32,000 nucleotides of DNA, from positions 2,130,001 to 2,162,000 of the forward strand of contig NC_002677.1 of the NCBI RefSeq assembly GCF_000195855.1, in the 5' to 3' direction. The translations under genes were made by a program, and so were the position numbers. Positions 30,275-32,000 of the stretch are shown here, piece by piece; position 1 is the first letter of the stretch, and each line of letters starts with the position of its first letter. Below the pieces are notes generated by a model, which worked only from the letters and a program-made list of their open reading frames with translations, searched no databases and was not told where the DNA came from. This DNA is from Mycobacterium leprae TN. GTDB lineage: Bacteria; Actinomycetota; Actinomycetes; Mycobacteriales; Mycobacteriaceae.

Positions 30275-31360
30275 ATGAGTCAAACAGTACGCGGAGTAAT
30301 CTCGCGCAAGAAGGACGAACCCGTGGAACTGGTGGACATCGTCATCCCAGATCCCGGGCCGGGGGAGGCCGTGGTCGACGTCACCGCGTGCGGAGTGTGC
30401 CACACTGACCTGACCTACCGCGAAGGCGGCATCAATGACAGGTATCCGTTCCTGCTCGGCCACGAAGCAGCCGGCACGGTCGAGGTCGTCGGGCCGGGCG
30501 TGACCGCGGTCGAACCGGGCGACTTCGTAATCCTGAACTGGCGAGCCGTGTGCGGGCAGTGCCGGGCCTGCAAACGCGGCAGGCCAAGCTACTGTTTCGA
30601 CACATTCAACGCCCAACAGAAAATGACACTGATCGACGGCACCGAACTTACCCCGGCGCTGGGCATCGGAGCCTTCGCCGACAAGACGCTAGTGCACTCT
30701 GGTCAATGCACCAAAGTCGATCCCGCTGCCGATCCAGCGGTCGCCGGCCTGCTGGGCTGCGGGGTGATGGCCGGGTTAGGCGCCGCAATCAATACCGCCG
30801 CAGTGAGCCGCGACGACACCGTCGCGGTGATCGGCTGTGGCGGTGTGGGTGATGCCGCAATCTCCGGGGCCGCGCTGGTCGGTGCCAACCGGATCATCGC
30901 GGTCGACATCGATGACACGAAACTGGAGTGGGCACGCACGTTCGGTGCCACCCACACCGTTAACGCCCTTGAACTCGAAGTCGTCAAAACCATCCAGGAT
31001 CTCACCAGTGGCTTCGGCGTCGACGTGGTAATCGACACGGTCGGCCGACCCGAAACCTGGAAGCAGGCCTTCTACGCCCGCGATCTCGCCGGAACCGTTG
31101 TACTGGTGGGTGTACCGACACCCGACATGCGCCTGGACATGCCGCTGCTAGACTTCTTCTCTCATGGCGGCTCGCTTAAGTCATCGTGGTACGGTGATTG
31201 CCTACCTGAACGCGATTTCCCCACCCTTGTTGACCTCTATCTGCAGGGACGCCTTCCATTGGGCAAGTTCGTCTCCGAGCGCATTGGGCTGGGCGACGTC
31301 GAAGAAGCATTCCACAAGATACACGGTGGTAAAGTGCTGCGCTCGGTGGTTATGCTGTGA
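30275..31360 (+). CDS. mscR: Zinc-dependent class III alcohol dehydrogenase: mycothiol-dependent formaldehyde dehydrogenase / S-nitrosomycothiol reductase, 361 aa
   Basis: The ORF is intact. I prefer ATG 30275 ([13 protein letters not shown]...) to the track start 30149, which lies inside the palindrome. It has the catalytic zinc ligands (GVCHTD, GHEAAG), the structural zinc cluster [15 protein letters not shown], and the Rossmann motif GCGGVGDAA. It corresponds to Rv2259 (adhE2/mscR). Confidence 0.9.
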   Translation: MSQTVRGVISRKKDEPVELVDIVIPDPGPGEAVVDVTACGVCHTDLTYREGGINDRYPFLLGHEAAGTVEVVGPGVTAVEPGDFVILNWRAVCGQCRACKRGRPSYCFDTFNAQQKMTLIDGTELTPALGIGAFADKTLVHSGQCTKVDPAADPAVAGLLGCGVMAGLGAAINTAAVSRDDTVAVIGCGGVGDAAISGAALVGANRIIAVDIDDTKLEWARTFGATHTVNALELEVVKTIQDLTSGFGVDVVIDTVGRPETWKQAFYARDLAGTVVLVGVPTPDMRLDMPLLDFFSHGGSLKSSWYGDCLPERDFPTLVDLYLQGRLPLGKFVSERIGLGDVEEAFHKIHGGKVLRSVVML

Positions 31361-31930
31361 TTGAATGGGTAGTCCCCCAAAGAACCTTCGAACTCGACAG
31401 TAGCAGTTAGGAAATCGATAACAACATCTGGATAGTCGGTGACGACACCGAGGTCGTGATTTTCAATGCCACCCCCCATTAAGCAGCACCGATCGTAGCG
31501 ACAATCGATGGCCGCACAACGTAGTGGCAGTGGTGTGCACCCACGGCCACAACGATCACATCACAGCGGCTCCCGAGCTTGGACTCGATGTTGAAGTGTT
31601 TTATAGGACACCTGCATCTTTCGGGCCGGTCGGGATAGGTTTTGGGCCAACACCCCCACAATTTGTTCGGGACTGTACTTCTTGGCCAGCACACATGTCT
31701 ATCTCCGTACGCAGCTGCCCACAACGCTCACCTTGCCGGCCTTTAAAGCCACTGGGCCCACTGCTCACTGCATAGCTAAGCAATACAAGCTCAGTAACCC
31801 GATTGAGCGTCTTAGCCAGCATAGTTGGTGTCGAATCAGTGCAACCCCCAAAGCAACCCGCAAACACGCGGGCCCCACCCTTGCTGGTGATCTCACGCAC
31901 GATCCCCACCCCCACCCAACCCAAACGAAC
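31357..31930 (+). pseudogene. Metallo-beta-lactamase-fold hydrolase (Rv2260-like) pseudogene
   Basis: A GTG at 31357 overlaps the mscR stop (GTGA). The frame stops after 17 codons. Other frames carry NIWIVGDDTEVVIFNATPH(stop) and VVAVVCTHGHNDHITAAPELG (the HxHxDH motif), followed by degraded distal motifs. Confidence 0.6.
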
Positions 31931-32000
31931 GGTTAACGATCGATCACATCAACTCACAACACTGCAACACACCGCCACCCTTTACTCCACCCCCACAACA

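Noticed and set aside
30023-30616. A 197-aa minus-strand ORF overlapping the 5' third of mscR
   Set aside because: It is mostly antisense to the strongly supported mscR. Only its last roughly 70 codons, from ATG 30241, correspond to real former coding sequence. That sequence is the methyltransferase N-terminus read through the palindrome in the wrong frame.
1-32000. A search for CRISPR arrays, toxin-antitoxin or other defence cassettes, secretion or biosynthetic clusters, and rRNA
   Set aside because: I saw no regularly spaced direct repeats, no cas-like or defence-domain motifs in any frame I read, and no rRNA-like sequence. The only multi-gene units are uspABC and decayed metabolic neighbourhoods. 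Regions 5568-6026, 8980-10460, 17091-17400 and 21150-22270 remain unassigned and could hide something I cannot recognise without database searches.

Overview
This window is almost certainly Mycobacterium leprae chromosome. Positions 22380-22924 carry an RLEP dispersed repeat. It contains exact matches to the RLEP diagnostic oligonucleotides as I remember them: tgcatgtcatggccttgagg, ttctgccgctggtatcggtg, gcagtatcgtgttagtgaa, tcgatgatccggccgtcggcg and catacggcaaccttctagcg. A truncated second copy lies inverted at 4962-5324. The coding landscape shows reductive evolution. I can support only eight intact genes: sdaA (5' part), mmr, uspA, uspB, uspC, a DUF3145 protein, a beta-lactamase-fold serine hydrolase and mscR/adhE2. 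By my coordinates they total about 6.9 kb, or about 22% of the window. There are also two tRNAs, Ala-GGC and Met-CAT. The rest is recognisable gene wreckage, read by stitching conserved motifs across frames. It includes the mmr TetR repressor, a ferredoxin-reductase fragment, a tyrosine-integrase fragment beside tRNA-Ala, pgmA, an APC transporter, two TldD/PmbA-family genes and a USP. It also includes rocE, rocD, an Lrp/AsnC regulator, glpD, a second TetR, an FAD-linked oxidase, a diacylglycerol kinase, an Rv2258c-like methyltransferase and the MBL hydrolase downstream of mscR. Gene order matches three separate M. tuberculosis H37Rv blocks from memory: Rv3065-3068c, Rv2314c-2324 and Rv2249c-2260. 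The RLEP copies sit at the block junctions. I found no convincing novel multi-gene system: no CRISPR array, defence or toxin cassette, or biosynthetic cluster. The most interesting observations are mutational and structural. A 55-nt near-perfect palindrome looks like a 35-nt fold-back insertion that inactivated the methyltransferase. A second perfect 20-bp-stem palindrome is unexplained. There is an RLEP/pgmA deletion junction and a decayed integrase-tRNA island signature. Two cases of a surviving gene with a dead partner are mmr without its repressor and mscR without its hydrolase. UspC has a lipobox-like motif with Trp in place of Cys. All homology calls are by eye, without database searches, and pseudogene boundaries are approximate.
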